DNA of 64,000 nt from Rhabdothermincola salaria (GTDB lineage Bacteria; Actinomycetota; Acidimicrobiia; Acidimicrobiales; Acidimicrobilacustridaceae). Positions 37,736-51,133 of the stretch are shown here, one piece after another. The stretch spans positions 62,001-126,000 of the forward strand of contig NZ_JAJQXW010000003.1 of NCBI RefSeq assembly GCF_021246445.1, read 5' to 3'. Within the stretch, counting starts at the first letter, position 1; every line of letters begins with the position of its first letter. The notes beneath the pieces are model-generated. The model searched no databases, had not been told where the DNA came from, and saw nothing but the letters and a program-made list of their open reading frames with translations. The translations under genes were made by a program, and so were the position numbers.

Positions 37736-38617
37736 TCAGCGATCCTGGTCGAGCTTGAACACCCGCAGCGCGTTCTCGCGCAGGAACTTGGGCCACACGT
37801 CGTCGTTGAACGGCACGTTCGGCATCTCGCGGAACTGGCGCTCGAGGGACAGCCCCGCGGGGAAGTACCCGCAGTACATGATCTTGTCGGCGCCACGGGT
37901 GTTGGCGTAGCGGATGATGTCCTTGGGGTAGTGCTTGGGCGCGAAGGCGCTGGTCATGTAGTGCAGCCCGGGCCACTTGAGCATCAGCTTCACCGCCAGC
38001 TCGGTCCAGGGCTCCCCGCCGTGCATCATCACCATGGTGAGCTCGGGGAAGTCGTAGAGCACCTCGTCGAACTGCTCGACGTGCTGGGGCCAGCTGGGCA
38101 TGCGCGGCCCGACGATGCCGCCGTTGATGCAGATCGGGATGTCGAGCTCGCAGCAGGTGGCGTAGATCGGGTACATCAACTTGTCGCCCACACCGACCTG
38201 GGGGACCATCCCCGACGGGAAGGTCATGGCGGCGACCACGTTGTGCTCGGCCTTGAGCTGCTTGAGGCGCCGCACGGTGTCCATGCCCTTGTTGGGGTCG
38301 GCCTGGGCCATGAGGTGGAACCGGCCCGGGTGCTCGGCCTTGGCCCGGATCGAGTGATCGTTGATCCCGGTCATGCACTGCTCGATGCCGAACGCGTCCA
38401 TCTTCTCGACGATCCACTGCACCGGGTCGGTGCCCGGATCCACGACGTCGGGCACGTCCTTGAACATGTACTGCGCCGGGAACTCGAACTCCTCGAGGGA
38501 CTGGCGGTCCTTGAGGTTGGCCTTGAAGAAGTCGTAGGCCGCCTTCTTCTCCTCGACGCTGGTGTACGGGAACCCCATCCCGAGGTCGATGATCCCGATG
38601 TCGGTCGGCATGGCCAT
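37736..38617 (-). CDS. Amidohydrolase_2 family protein
   Basis: YPIYATCCELDIPI, GPRMPS, FPELTMVMMHGGEPW, TSAFAPKHYP, FLRENALRVF. Confidence 0.88.
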   Translation of the reverse strand: MAMPTDIGIIDLGMGFPYTSVEEKKAAYDFFKANLKDRQSLEEFEFPAQYMFKDVPDVVDPGTDPVQWIVEKMDAFGIEQCMTGINDHSIRAKAEHPGRFHLMAQADPNKGMDTVRRLKQLKAEHNVVAAMTFPSGMVPQVGVGDKLMYPIYATCCELDIPICINGGIVGPRMPSWPQHVEQFDEVLYDFPELTMVMMHGGEPWTELAVKLMLKWPGLHYMTSAFAPKHYPKDIIRYANTRGADKIMYCGYFPAGLSLERQFREMPNVPFNDDVWPKFLRENALRVFKLDQDR

Positions 38618-38741
38618 GAGTGCGTGTGTCCCCCTGTGGTGGCGCTCCCCCATGGGCGCCGGTAGCGACGAACCTACCGCCGATCGCCGAGCCGCTCGAA
38701 CGCCCTCGCCGCGGGCGGCTGGGCCGCACGCGAGCGGTGCT

Positions 38742-39530
38742 CTACAGATCCAGGAGGGCGTCGAGGCCGACGGTGACCCCGGGACAGCCCGCCACCGCCT
38801 TGACCGCGATCAGCACACCGGGCATGAACGAGGCCCGGTCGTAGGAGTCGTGGCGGATGCTGAGGGTCTGGCCGGTGGTGCCCAGCACCACCTCCTGGTG
38901 GGCGACCATCCCCCGCAGGCGCAGCGAGTGCACCCGGATGTCGCCGGGGCCGGCGCCGCCGCGAGCGCCCTCGAGCACCTCGGTGGTGGTGGGGTCGGGG
39001 GCCCACTCGGCCGACGCCGCCGCCATGCGCTCGGCGGTGAGCATGGCCGTGCCCGACGGAGCGTCGAGCTTCTCGTCGTGGTGCAGCTCGATGATCTCGG
39101 CGGTCTCGAAGTAGGGGGCGGCCAGCTCGGCGAAGCGCATCATCAGCACCGCGCCGATGGCGAAGTTGGGGGCGATGACGCAGTTCGAGCGGCTGAACGC
39201 GTGGGCGAAGCTCTCGTAGTCGGCGTCGGTGAAGCCGGTGGTGCCGGTGACGGCGTGGATGCCGTGGTCGGCGAGCCATCGCAGGTTCTGGCGTCCGGCG
39301 CTGACGTGGGTGAAGTCGACGGCGACGTCGACCTTGGCATCGACGAACACGTCGGCGCCCATCGCCACCTGCCACGGCAGGTCCACGCCCGCCACCTGGC
39401 GCAGGTCGAGGCCCGCATGGTGCGGGTCGACGGCCGCCACCAGCTCGAGCGCGGGGTCGGCGGCCACGGCCTGGCAGACGGTGCGACCCATCCGCCCTCC
39501 TGCCCCGAACACCCCGACACGCAGCGTCAC
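38742..39530 (-). CDS. dapB: 4-hydroxy-tetrahydrodipicolinate reductase
   Basis: GAGGRMG, VDFT, GTTG, APNFAIG, ELHHDEKLDAPSGTA. Confidence 0.97.
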   Translation of the reverse strand: MTLRVGVFGAGGRMGRTVCQAVAADPALELVAAVDPHHAGLDLRQVAGVDLPWQVAMGADVFVDAKVDVAVDFTHVSAGRQNLRWLADHGIHAVTGTTGFTDADYESFAHAFSRSNCVIAPNFAIGAVLMMRFAELAAPYFETAEIIELHHDEKLDAPSGTAMLTAERMAAASAEWAPDPTTTEVLEGARGGAGPGDIRVHSLRLRGMVAHQEVVLGTTGQTLSIRHDSYDRASFMPGVLIAVKAVAGCPGVTVGLDALLDL

Positions 39531-39648
39531 AGCGCGCAATCTACGGGCGTCCGGTCGCCCGGCGCCACCTGATGGGGTGGGCGCCGACGCGACAGAGGGT
39601 CGATGGACCCGGTCGTCGGACCCATCGACCGACAGCCCGCGGCGCGGT

Positions 39649-40962
39649 TCAGGGACCGGCGACGAAGTCGGTGAGGACCGCCTCGTCGCCACCGAAGGGC
39701 CCGACCACGGCCACCGAGCGGGGGGCCGTGAGCACCCGGGCGAGGACCCGCTGGACGTCGTCGACGGTGACCTCGCGGTAGCGACGCAGGTGCTCGTCGA
39801 CGGCGACGATCTCGTCGCGGGCCATGACGGCGTTGCCGAGGCGGGCCATGCGGCTGCCCGAGTCCTCGAGTCCGAGCACCATCGAGCCCTCGATGCAGCC
39901 CAGGGCCACCTCGTGCTCCACCTCGGTGATGCCGTGATCGACGAGGTCGCCCAACACGCCCTCGACGACGCTCAGGAGCTCGTCGAGCCGTTCGGGGCTG
40001 GTGCCGGCATAGACCGAGAGGCTGCCGGCGTCGCCGTAGGACGACGGTGCCGAGAACACGGTGTAGGCCAGGCCCCGCTCCTCGCGGACCTCCTGGAAGA
40101 GGCGACTGGAGAGCCCGCCCCCGAGGACGTGGTTGGCCACGGCGAGGGCGTAGCGGTCGTCGTCGCCGTAGGGCAGCCCTCGCCAGCCGATGGCCACGTG
40201 GGCCTGCTCGGTCGGGCGGTGCAGCACGCTGAGGGGCACCAGATCCGAGCCGGGCGCGGACCGCGCTGGAGTCCGCCCGGCGGGCCCGTCGCCGAACAGG
40301 CCGACGACGGCATCGAGGACCTCGGCGTGGTGCAGGTCGCCGGCGGCGGCCACCACCAGGTTGGCCGGCCGGTACCACCCGCCGTGGAAGTCGACGATGG
40401 CGTCGCGCGACATGGACTCGACGGTGTCGCGCGTGCCGAGCGTCTCGCGCCCCAGCGGATGGGCCGGGAAGAGGCTCTCGTAGAGCGCGGTGAAGACCTG
40501 GTCGTCGGGGGTGTCCTCGCTCATGAGGATCTCCTCGACGATCACGTCGCGCTCGGCGTCGATCTCGTCGGGCCGGAAGGCCGGTTCGCTGACCACGTCG
40601 GCCAGCAGGTCGAGGCCGGTGCGGAGGTGCCGAGCGGGCAGCCGCGTGTAGTAGGCGGTGTGCTCGCGGGTCGTGTAGGCGTTCAGCTCGCCGCCTGCGG
40701 CGTCGACGGTGCGGGCGATGTCGCGCGCCGAACGCTCGTCGGTGCCCTTGAACAGGAGGTGCTCGAGGAAGTGCGACACCCCGGCGATGGCCGGGGCTTC
40801 GTCACGGCTGCCGACGCCGAACCACAGGCCGGCCGAGACCGACCGTGCGTCGGGCATGCGCTCGGTGACGACGCGCACGCCCGACGGCAGGTCGGTCCGT
40901 TCGATCTCCGGGGCACCGTCGGGCGCACCGGGGACGCGGGGATCAGCGGCGACGACCGCCAC
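39649..40962 (-). CDS. M16 (pitrilysin) family zinc peptidase
   Basis: GVSHFLEHLLFKGT (HxxEH), LNAYT, SSRLFQEVREERGLAY; pnp-M16-dapB context; start approximate. Confidence 0.93.
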   Translation of the reverse strand: MAVVAADPRVPGAPDGAPEIERTDLPSGVRVVTERMPDARSVSAGLWFGVGSRDEAPAIAGVSHFLEHLLFKGTDERSARDIARTVDAAGGELNAYTTREHTAYYTRLPARHLRTGLDLLADVVSEPAFRPDEIDAERDVIVEEILMSEDTPDDQVFTALYESLFPAHPLGRETLGTRDTVESMSRDAIVDFHGGWYRPANLVVAAAGDLHHAEVLDAVVGLFGDGPAGRTPARSAPGSDLVPLSVLHRPTEQAHVAIGWRGLPYGDDDRYALAVANHVLGGGLSSRLFQEVREERGLAYTVFSAPSSYGDAGSLSVYAGTSPERLDELLSVVEGVLGDLVDHGITEVEHEVALGCIEGSMVLGLEDSGSRMARLGNAVMARDEIVAVDEHLRRYREVTVDDVQRVLARVLTAPRSVAVVGPFGGDEAVLTDFVAGP

Positions 40963-43354
40963 CTCCGCCGCCACGACGGCCACGGCCACCGCCGCCACCG
41001 CCGCTGTTGCGGCGCTCCTCGGCGGTGTCGGGACCGAGGTCGCCGAGCTCGCTGCGGACCTCGTCGTCGAAGGAGTCCTCGAACGAGACGTACTCGCGCT
41101 CGGCACCGCTGTCGGCCGGGGCCGACTCGGCCGGGGCCGGTGCCCCACCGGCGTCGGACGCCTCGGCAGCACCGCCGCCGGACTCGCCACCCTCGATCGG
41201 GGTGGCCAGCGACAGCGACACCTTGCCGTTGGGGTCGACGTCGTCGACCTTGACCTCGACGGTGTCGCCGAGGTCGAGGACGTCCTCGACCTTGTCGATG
41301 CGCTTGCCGCCGCCGATCTTGGAGATGTGCAGCAGGCCGTCGCGGCCGGGGAGGATGTTGACGAACGCGCCGAACTTGGTGACGTTGACGACCCGACCGG
41401 TGTAGGTCTGGCCGACGTCGGCGGTGGGCGGGTTGAGGATGAGGCGGATCTGGCGCTCGGCCTCGGCCACGGCACCGTTGTCGGTGGAGCCGATGCTCAC
41501 CCGGCCGACCGAACCGTCGTCGTCGACGCTGATGTCGGCGCCGGTCTCCTGCTGGATGGCGTTGATGACCTTGCCCTTGGGACCGATGACCTCACCGATC
41601 TTGTCCATGGGGATCTCGAAGCTGATGATCTTCGGGGCGGTCGCGCCGACCTCGTCGCGACCCTCGGCGAGGGTGGCGTTCATGACGGCCAGGATCTCGA
41701 GGCGGGCTTCCTTGGCCTGCTGGAGGGCCTGGGCCAGCACGTCGGCGGGGATGCCGTCGATCTTGGTGTCGAGCTGCAGGGCGGTGACGAACTCCGAGGT
41801 GCCGGCGACCTTGAAGTCCATGTCGCCGAAGGCGTCCTCGGCGCCGAGGATGTCGGTGAGGGTGGTGTACTTGCCGTCGGCGTACACCAGGCCCATGGCG
41901 ATGCCGGCCACGGCGGCCCGCAGGGGCACGCCGGCGTCCATCATCGACAGCGACGAACCGCAGACCGACGCCATCGAGGTGGAGCCGTTGGAGCTCAGCA
42001 CGTCGGAGACGGTGCGGATGGTGTAGGCGAACTCCTCGGGGGTGGGCAGCACCGGGACGAGGGCCCGCTCGGCGAGGATGCCATGGCCGATCTCGCGGCG
42101 CTTGGGGCCCCGCATGAAGCCGGTCTCACCGGTGGAGTACGGCGGGAAGTTGTAGTGGTGCATGTACCGCTTGCGGTCCACGGTGCCCAGGGCGTCGATG
42201 AACTGCTCCATGCGGGGCATGCCCAGGGTGGCCACGTTGAGCACCTGGGTCTCGCCGCGCTGGAACAGGCCCGAGCCGTGCACGGACGGCAGCACGCCGA
42301 CCTCGGCCGACAGCGGGCGGATGTCCTTGGGGCCTCGGCCGTCGATGCGCACGCCCTCGTTGACGATGCGGCTGCGGACCACGGCCTTGGTGACCGAGCG
42401 GAAGGCAGCCTTGATCTGCTTCTCGGCCCCGTCGACCTCGGCGAAGCGCGGGCCCAGCTCGGCGACGATCTCGTCGCGCAGGGCGCCCTCGGCGGCCTGG
42501 CGCTCGGCCTTGTCGGAGATCTCCTGGGTGGCGACGATGCGGTCGCGCTGCTCGTCGACCGCGGCGTACACCTCGTCGGTGTAGTCGGAGGCGACGTTGT
42601 AGGGCATCGGGTCCTTGACCCCGGCCTCGGCCATGAGCTGGCGTTGGGCGTCGATGGAGGCCTTGATGTAGCGCTCGGCCGTCTGCAGGCCGTCGGCCAC
42701 CACGGCCTCGTCGACCTTGGGGGCGCCGTCTTCGAAGGCGGGCCACGAGGCCTCGGTGCCACCGGCCTCGACCATGGAGATGGCCACGCCGCCGTCGTCG
42801 AGGGCCCGTCCGGCCACGACCATCTCGAAGGTGGACTCCTCGCCCTCTTCGTAGGTGGGGAAGGGGATCCAGGTGCCGTCGGCGGTGTAGGCCAGGCGCA
42901 CGGCGCCGATGGGGCCGTCGAAGGGGATGCCCGACAGCATGAGGGCGGCCGAGGCGCCGTTGATGGCCACCACGTCGTGGGGGTTCACGAGGTCGGCGGC
43001 GAGGGTGGTGCCCACCACGTGGACCTCGTTGCGGAAGCCGTCGGGGAAGCACGGGCGCAGCGGACGGTCGATCAGGCGGCAGGTGAGGATGGCCTGGTCG
43101 GGGGCCTTGCCCTCGCGACGGAAGAACGAGCCGGGGATCTTGCCGGCGGCGTACATGCGCTCTTCGATATCGACGGTGAGCGGGAAGAAGTCGGCGCCCT
43201 CGCGGGCGGACTTCGAGGCGGTGGCGGTGACGAGCACGACGGTGTCGCCAAGCTGGACGGTGACGGCACCGTCGGCCTGACCGGCGAGCTTGCCGGTGCT
43301 GAAGTTGATGGTCTTGTCGTCGACGGGAGCGTCGACGGAGATGGCGTCTGCCAT
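40943..43354 (-). CDS. pnp: Polyribonucleotide nucleotidyltransferase
   Basis: FFPLTVD, GSFFRREG, RREIGHG, SNGSTSMAS, GDMDFKVAGT, KH and S1 domains; SD GGAGGA. Confidence 0.99.
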   Translation of the reverse strand: MADAISVDAPVDDKTINFSTGKLAGQADGAVTVQLGDTVVLVTATASKSAREGADFFPLTVDIEERMYAAGKIPGSFFRREGKAPDQAILTCRLIDRPLRPCFPDGFRNEVHVVGTTLAADLVNPHDVVAINGASAALMLSGIPFDGPIGAVRLAYTADGTWIPFPTYEEGEESTFEMVVAGRALDDGGVAISMVEAGGTEASWPAFEDGAPKVDEAVVADGLQTAERYIKASIDAQRQLMAEAGVKDPMPYNVASDYTDEVYAAVDEQRDRIVATQEISDKAERQAAEGALRDEIVAELGPRFAEVDGAEKQIKAAFRSVTKAVVRSRIVNEGVRIDGRGPKDIRPLSAEVGVLPSVHGSGLFQRGETQVLNVATLGMPRMEQFIDALGTVDRKRYMHHYNFPPYSTGETGFMRGPKRREIGHGILAERALVPVLPTPEEFAYTIRTVSDVLSSNGSTSMASVCGSSLSMMDAGVPLRAAVAGIAMGLVYADGKYTTLTDILGAEDAFGDMDFKVAGTSEFVTALQLDTKIDGIPADVLAQALQQAKEARLEILAVMNATLAEGRDEVGATAPKIISFEIPMDKIGEVIGPKGKVINAIQQETGADISVDDDGSVGRVSIGSTDNGAVAEAERQIRLILNPPTADVGQTYTGRVVNVTKFGAFVNILPGRDGLLHISKIGGGKRIDKVEDVLDLGDTVEVKVDDVDPNGKVSLSLATPIEGGESGGGAAEASDAGGAPAPAESAPADSGAEREYVSFEDSFDDEVRSELGDLGPDTAEERRNSGGGGGGRGRRGGGGGGRRR

Positions 43355-43418
43355 GTGTTCCTCCTGGAACTCTTCTTGCGGGCATCGGGCCCGCATGTCT
43401 CGGAGGCGGTGGCGGCAC

Positions 43419-43476
43419 CAGTTCCCAGTGGTGAACGGCGGAGCGGGTGCGACCCGCCGCTCACCACCGGCAACTG
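43419..43476 (-). ncRNA. pnp 5' leader stem-loop (Actino-pnp-like, probable RNase III site)
   Basis: CAGTTcCCAGTGGTGA...TCACCACCGGcAACTG long imperfect stem with inner GCGGGT/ACCCGC hairpin in the rpsO-pnp spacer. Confidence 0.65.
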
Positions 43477-43533
43477 AGGTCGTCCGACCGCCGGGGTGTC
43501 CCACCACGATGCCAGGCACCGGGGCGGAAACGG

Positions 43534-43562
43534 CGGAGGGCGACCGCTGGGGTCGCCCTCCG
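43534..43562 (-). terminator. Hairpin after rpsO
   Basis: CGGAGGGCGACC-N5-GGTCGCCCTCCG 12-bp perfect stem just past the stop; weak U tract. Confidence 0.75.
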
Positions 43563-43573
43563 AGAACTCTGAG

Positions 43574-43852
43574 CTAGCGGCGCAGGCCGAGCTTGGCGAT
43601 GATGGCGCGGTAGCGCTCGACGTCGTTCTTCTTGACGTAGTCGAGCAGGCGACGCCGTTGACCCACGAGCATCAACAGGCCTCGACGGCTGTGATGGTCC
43701 TTCTTGTGGGACTTGAGGTGTTCGGTGAGATGGATGATCCGATCGGTGAGCAGCGCGATCTGCACTTCGGGAGAACCGGTGTCGGTCTCGTGCAGCCGGT
43801 GCTCGGCGATGGTGTCGGCCTTGGGGGCCAGGTTGGCGGGATCCTGGGACAA
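43574..43852 (-). CDS. rpsO: 30S ribosomal protein S15
   Basis: [43 protein letters not shown] start after SD GAGGA. Confidence 0.98.
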   Translation of the reverse strand: MSQDPANLAPKADTIAEHRLHETDTGSPEVQIALLTDRIIHLTEHLKSHKKDHHSRRGLLMLVGQRRRLLDYVKKNDVERYRAIIAKLGLRR

Positions 43853-44143
43853 AGTGTGGTTTCCTCGGCTGTGGGTGTGGGACCCGGCTCCATGGCTCGC
43901 TGAGCGCGTGGCGCCGGCGGTCTCGAGGTGAGACACCGGCGGGAGGCGTCTGGCGCAGCCCGGGGCGGATGGCGTCGACCGGGTCGGTCGGCGACCCATC
44001 AACGCTACCAGCGATCCTGCCCGAACCCCAAGGGCGGGTGACGGGGCCCGGGTCGGCCGACCGGATCGTCGCCGTCGTCGGGTCGGTAGCATGAGAGGGC
44101 GCCGACCGGGGGGTCTGCGGCCACCACAGGGGGAGTTCCACCG

Positions 44144-45421
44144 ATGTCCGACACCACCACGCGTCCCGAACCCGTCCGCCTCGACGACCTCGCCGCACCG
44201 CGGTTCTCGCCGGAGGCCCGGGCCATCGTGGACGGCGCCGCCGCCTTCGCCGATGCCGTGCAGCTCGACGCCGCCGCGCTGATGGACCAGGCGTGCGAGG
44301 CCACCGGCCTCGACGACTTCGGGCCCATGGACTTCGTGGAGCGCCTCGAGCTGTTGGTGTGGTGCCTCGAGCACGAGGGGCAGCGTTCGCCGATGGGCAA
44401 GGTGTCCGCCGCCTCCCAGCTGGGCCAGCTGCTCCAGAACCGACTCCTGCTCCAACATCTGCTGACCCGGCACCCCGAGATCCACGACGTCGAGATCGCG
44501 GCGCCGATGATCATCGCCGGGCTGCCCCGCACCGGCACCACCCACCTGCACAACCTCATCTCGGCCGATCCTGCGCTGCGCAGCCTCCCCTACTGGGAGT
44601 CGCTGCAGCCGGTGCCCTTCCCGGCCGAGGCCGAGCTGGCCGGCACCCCCGACGACCCCCGCCTGGCTCGCACCGAGGGGGCGCTGTCGATGCTCGACGT
44701 GATCATGCCCCACTTCCGGCGCATGCACGACATGACCACCTGGCACGTGCACGAGGAGATCCAGATCCTGGCCATGGACTTCTCGACGATGCTCTTCGAG
44801 ACCATGGCGCCGATGCCCACGTGGCGCGACTACTACCTGGCCCACGATCAGCGACCCCACTACGAGTACATGAAGACGGTGCTCAAGGCCTGCCAGTTCC
44901 TGCGCGGTGGCGACCGGTGGATCCTCAAGTCCCCCCAGCACCTCGAGCAGTTCGGGCCCCTCATCGACACCTTCGGCGACGCCACCGTGCTGGTCACCCA
45001 CCGCGACCCGGTCTCGGTGATGATCTCGATGGGCACGATGCTGGCCTACTCGGCGCGCACCTCCCAGGAGCCCGTCGACCCGAAGGCCATCGCCGGCTAC
45101 TGGGCCGACCGCCTCGAGACGATGCTCAACGCCGCCCTGCGCGACCGCGACCTGCTCCCCGCCGAGCAGTCGATGGACGTGCGCTTCGACGAGTTCATGG
45201 CCGACGACCTCGGCATGGTGCGCCGCATCTACGACCTGGCCGACCAGCCCATGCCGCCCGAGTCCGAGGCCGCGCTGGCCGACTACGTGGCCACCCACCA
45301 GCGCGACCGCTACGGCAAGGTGATCTACGAACCCGAGGTCCTGGGCATCGACGTCGCCGCCCGGCGCACGGCCATGCGTGCCTACAGCGAACGCTTCGCC
45401 ATCCCCGACGAGCCCTGGTAG
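44144..45421 (+). CDS. PAPS-dependent sulfotransferase (mycobacterial Stf-like)
   Basis: 5'-PSB loop [26 protein letters not shown]. Confidence 0.9.
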   Translation: MSDTTTRPEPVRLDDLAAPRFSPEARAIVDGAAAFADAVQLDAAALMDQACEATGLDDFGPMDFVERLELLVWCLEHEGQRSPMGKVSAASQLGQLLQNRLLLQHLLTRHPEIHDVEIAAPMIIAGLPRTGTTHLHNLISADPALRSLPYWESLQPVPFPAEAELAGTPDDPRLARTEGALSMLDVIMPHFRRMHDMTTWHVHEEIQILAMDFSTMLFETMAPMPTWRDYYLAHDQRPHYEYMKTVLKACQFLRGGDRWILKSPQHLEQFGPLIDTFGDATVLVTHRDPVSVMISMGTMLAYSARTSQEPVDPKAIAGYWADRLETMLNAALRDRDLLPAEQSMDVRFDEFMADDLGMVRRIYDLADQPMPPESEAALADYVATHQRDRYGKVIYEPEVLGIDVAARRTAMRAYSERFAIPDEPW

Positions 45422-45479
45422 CCCCCGCAAGGGCGCTCAGCTGGGCGCGCCTGCCAGCGTCGTCCAGCGGTCGTGCCGC

Positions 45480-46430
45480 TCAGAGGGCGGCGAGGAGGGT
45501 GCGGGCCTGGTCGACGTCGCGCCCCATCTGCTCGACGAGGGCGTCGACGGAGTCGAACTTCACCTCGTCGCGCAGCCACTGCACGAACTGCACCCGGGCC
45601 GACTGGCCGTAGAGGTCGCCGTCGAAGTCGATGAGGTGGGCCTCGAGCACCGAGGCCTCGGCGTCCTCGTAGAAGGTGGGCCGCCGCCCGAGGGAGATGG
45701 CCGCCGGACGGCGCATGCCGTCGGCGCCCAGGTACCAGCCGGCATAGATGCCGTCACGGGGCAGGCAGATGGCCTCGGGCACGCCCACGTTGGCGGTGCG
45801 GTAGCCCAGCTCGCGGGCGCGGCCGTCGCCGCGACCGACGACGCCGCGCACCTCGTGGTGCCGGCCGAGCATGGCGGCGGCGCCGTCGAGGTCGCCGTCG
45901 CGCAGCGCGGCCCGGATGCGGGTGGAGGACACCGGCGTGGCGCTGGCCTGGCCGTCGAGCCCGATCAGGTCGTGGCCCACCACCTCGAAGCCCAGGTCGG
46001 AGCCCATGGCCCGCAGCAGGTTCACGTCGCCGGAGCGACGGTGCCCGAAGTGGAAGTCCTCCCCCACGGCCACCAACCGGGCGTTGAGGCAACCGGCCAG
46101 GACCTCGTTCACGAACTCGTCGGCCGGTTCCTTGGAGCGCACCTCGTCGAAGTGCACGACGAGGGTGTAGTCGACCCCGCAGTCGGCCAGCAGCTCGAGC
46201 TTCTGATCGAGGTCGGTGAGCAGCAGAGGGGCCGAGTCGGGTCGCACCACGCTGGCCGGGTGGCGGTCGAAGGTGACGACCGCCGTCTTGAGGCCCCGCT
46301 CCCGGGCCCGGTCCTTGAGCGTCGCGATGACGGCCCGGTGCCCCAGGTGCACGCCGTCGTAGGCGCCGATGGTGAGGGCGGTGCCCTCGGGCGGACGGGG
46401 GCAGACAGCGATGTCGCTCAGGACCTCCAT
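45480..46430 (-). CDS. ribF: Bifunctional riboflavin kinase/FAD synthetase
   Basis: IGAYDGVHLGH, VGEDFHFG, SSTRIR, LGYRTAN, GRRPTF, EAHLIDF. Confidence 0.97.
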   Translation of the reverse strand: MEVLSDIAVCPRPPEGTALTIGAYDGVHLGHRAVIATLKDRARERGLKTAVVTFDRHPASVVRPDSAPLLLTDLDQKLELLADCGVDYTLVVHFDEVRSKEPADEFVNEVLAGCLNARLVAVGEDFHFGHRRSGDVNLLRAMGSDLGFEVVGHDLIGLDGQASATPVSSTRIRAALRDGDLDGAAAMLGRHHEVRGVVGRGDGRARELGYRTANVGVPEAICLPRDGIYAGWYLGADGMRRPAAISLGRRPTFYEDAEASVLEAHLIDFDGDLYGQSARVQFVQWLRDEVKFDSVDALVEQMGRDVDQARTLLAAL

Positions 46431-46442
46431 GGCGACGCGAAC

Positions 46443-47372
46443 CTACCCGGGCTCGGCCCGGGGAGCCGAAGCCGGGCCGGGACCCTCGACGGGGGCGACC
46501 ACCACCTCGGGCTTCACGGTGCCGGCCCGATGCGCCACGTAGACGGCCAGCAGACGACCATCGGCGTCGAGCACCCGCCAGGGCCCCTCGCCCTCGAAGC
46601 CGTCGGCCGGGAGCACCTTGCCGTGGCCCACATCGACCCGGGCCTCGTCGTCGACCACGACCGCCGGGAGGTCGCGGAGCGCCTCGGCGGGCGACACCAG
46701 CACGTCGGGGCCGATCTCGCCGAGGGGTCGGGCCTCGGCCTCGGTGAACGAGCCGCTGCGGGTGCGGCGCAGGTCTCGGAGGTGGGCGCCGCCGCCGAGC
46801 GCAGCACCGAGGTCGGCGGCGAGGGCGCGCACGTAGGTGCCCGAGGAGCACTCGACCTCGGCGCGATAGCGGAGGGGTTCGCCCGGCACCGGGGACACCT
46901 CGAAGCGGTACACGGTGACCGGACGGGCGGCCCGCTCGACCTCCTTGCCCTCGCGGGCCAGCTCGTGCAGACGACGCCCGTCGACCTTCACCGCCGAGAC
47001 CATCGGCGGCACCTGCATGATGTCGCCGGTCAGCCCGGCGGCGGCGGCCGCCACCTGGTCGGGGGTGACCTCCATGGCGTGGGTGGCGGTGACCTCGCCG
47101 GAGTCGTCGAGCGTGCTGGTCTCGACCCCCAGCACGATTTCGCAGGTGTAGGCCTTGGGCAGGGCCGTCAGGTAGCGCAGCAGGCGCGTCACCCGCCCCA
47201 CGCCCAGCAGCAGCACGCCGGTGGCGTCGGGATCGAGGGTGCCGGAGTGGCCCACCTTGCGGGTGCCGAGCAGACCGCGGCTCTTGGCCACCACGTCGTG
47301 GGAGGTCCAGCCCGCCTCCTTGTCGACCACGACCAGCCCGTCGGGTCCGTCGCCCGACCGGCGACGGCTCAC
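46443..47372 (-). CDS. truB: tRNA pseudouridine(55) synthase
   Basis: DKEAGWTSHDVV, VGHSGTLDPDATG, QVPPMVSAVK, CSSGTYVR; GTGA overlap with rbfA. Confidence 0.97.
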   Translation of the reverse strand: MSRRRSGDGPDGLVVVDKEAGWTSHDVVAKSRGLLGTRKVGHSGTLDPDATGVLLLGVGRVTRLLRYLTALPKAYTCEIVLGVETSTLDDSGEVTATHAMEVTPDQVAAAAAGLTGDIMQVPPMVSAVKVDGRRLHELAREGKEVERAARPVTVYRFEVSPVPGEPLRYRAEVECSSGTYVRALAADLGAALGGGAHLRDLRRTRSGSFTEAEARPLGEIGPDVLVSPAEALRDLPAVVVDDEARVDVGHGKVLPADGFEGEGPWRVLDADGRLLAVYVAHRAGTVKPEVVVAPVEGPGPASAPRAEPG

Positions 47373-47866
47373 GAGGGGGTGCCGGGCCCGGCCTCGTCGG
47401 CCGGGGTGCCCGGTCCGGACGTGTCGCCGGCCGGGGTGCCCGGTCCGGACGTGTCGCCGGCCGGGGCGCCGTCGTCCGCCGAGGCGTCGTCCGCGGCGAT
47501 CGGGCCCACCTCGGCCAGCAGCTCCTCGATGCGGGCTCCGCTGCGCACGGCGGCATCGGGGGCGAAGGTCAGCTCGGGGGTGCGCTTGATGCGGGCCTGG
47601 CGGGCGATGGCCCCCTTGAGGCGCCACTTCACCTCGCCGAGGGCCTCGAGGATCTCCTCGTCGCCTTCCTCGCCCTGCAGGGAGTCGAAGAAGACCATGG
47701 CCTGGCGCAGGTCGCCGTCGATGTCGACCGCGGTGATGCTCAACAGGTCGAGGCGTTCGTCGTCGATCTTCTCGAGCTCGTCGGCGAGGATCTCGCGCAA
47801 CAGCTCGTTGAGCCGCGCCGTGCGCGGGTACTGGCGGGGTCCTCCCCGGTTCGGGCGCGGGCTCAT
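47369..47866 (-). CDS. rbfA: Ribosome-binding factor A
   Basis: RTARLNELLREILA, DLRQAMVFF, KRTPELTF; infB-DUF503-rbfA-truB context. Confidence 0.95.
   Translation of the reverse strand: MSPRPNRGGPRQYPRTARLNELLREILADELEKIDDERLDLLSITAVDIDGDLRQAMVFFDSLQGEEGDEEILEALGEVKWRLKGAIARQARIKRTPELTFAPDAAVRSGARIEELLAEVGPIAADDASADDGAPAGDTSGPGTPAGDTSGPGTPADEAGPGTPS
47401..47470. repeat. 30-bp in-frame tandem repeat in the rbfA tail
   Basis: CCGGGGTGCCCGGTCCGGACGTGTCGCCGG x2 exact plus a partial copy; encodes (PAGDTSGPGT)n. Confidence 0.9.
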
Positions 47867-48162
47867 CGGTCCACCTCCGTCCAGTGGCGATCGGTCGCCA
47901 CCACGTCGATCTCCGGGAACGACCACACGAACCGCTCGACGGCGTCGAGCACCTCGGTGCACTGTCCCGGACTGGATGCGGCCACCGCGAAGCCCAGCTC
48001 GGCTCGTTGGTGGTCGTCGTTGCGGCCCGTCTCGGCGGCACTCACCCCGTGGCGGCGGCGGGCGCCCTCGACGATCGTGCGGACCACCGAGCGCTTGTCC
48101 TTGAGGGACTCGGCGTTCGGGATCCGCAGATCGACAGCGAGGGCCAGGACGTGCAGCGCCAC
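47863..48162 (-). CDS. DUF503 (YlxP-like) protein
   Basis: [25 protein letters not shown]; located between infB and rbfA. Confidence 0.9.
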   Translation of the reverse strand: MALHVLALAVDLRIPNAESLKDKRSVVRTIVEGARRRHGVSAAETGRNDDHQRAELGFAVAASSPGQCTEVLDAVERFVWSFPEIDVVATDRHWTEVDR

Positions 48163-48190
48163 CCGGGTGAGGGTACCGCTGCGGTGTCGG

Positions 48191-51133
<2,943 letters not shown>

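Noticed and set aside
43497..43507. TGTCCCACCAC resembling the recA/LysM promoter motif
   Set aside because: Antisense to pnp and lacks a correctly spaced -10; probably chance
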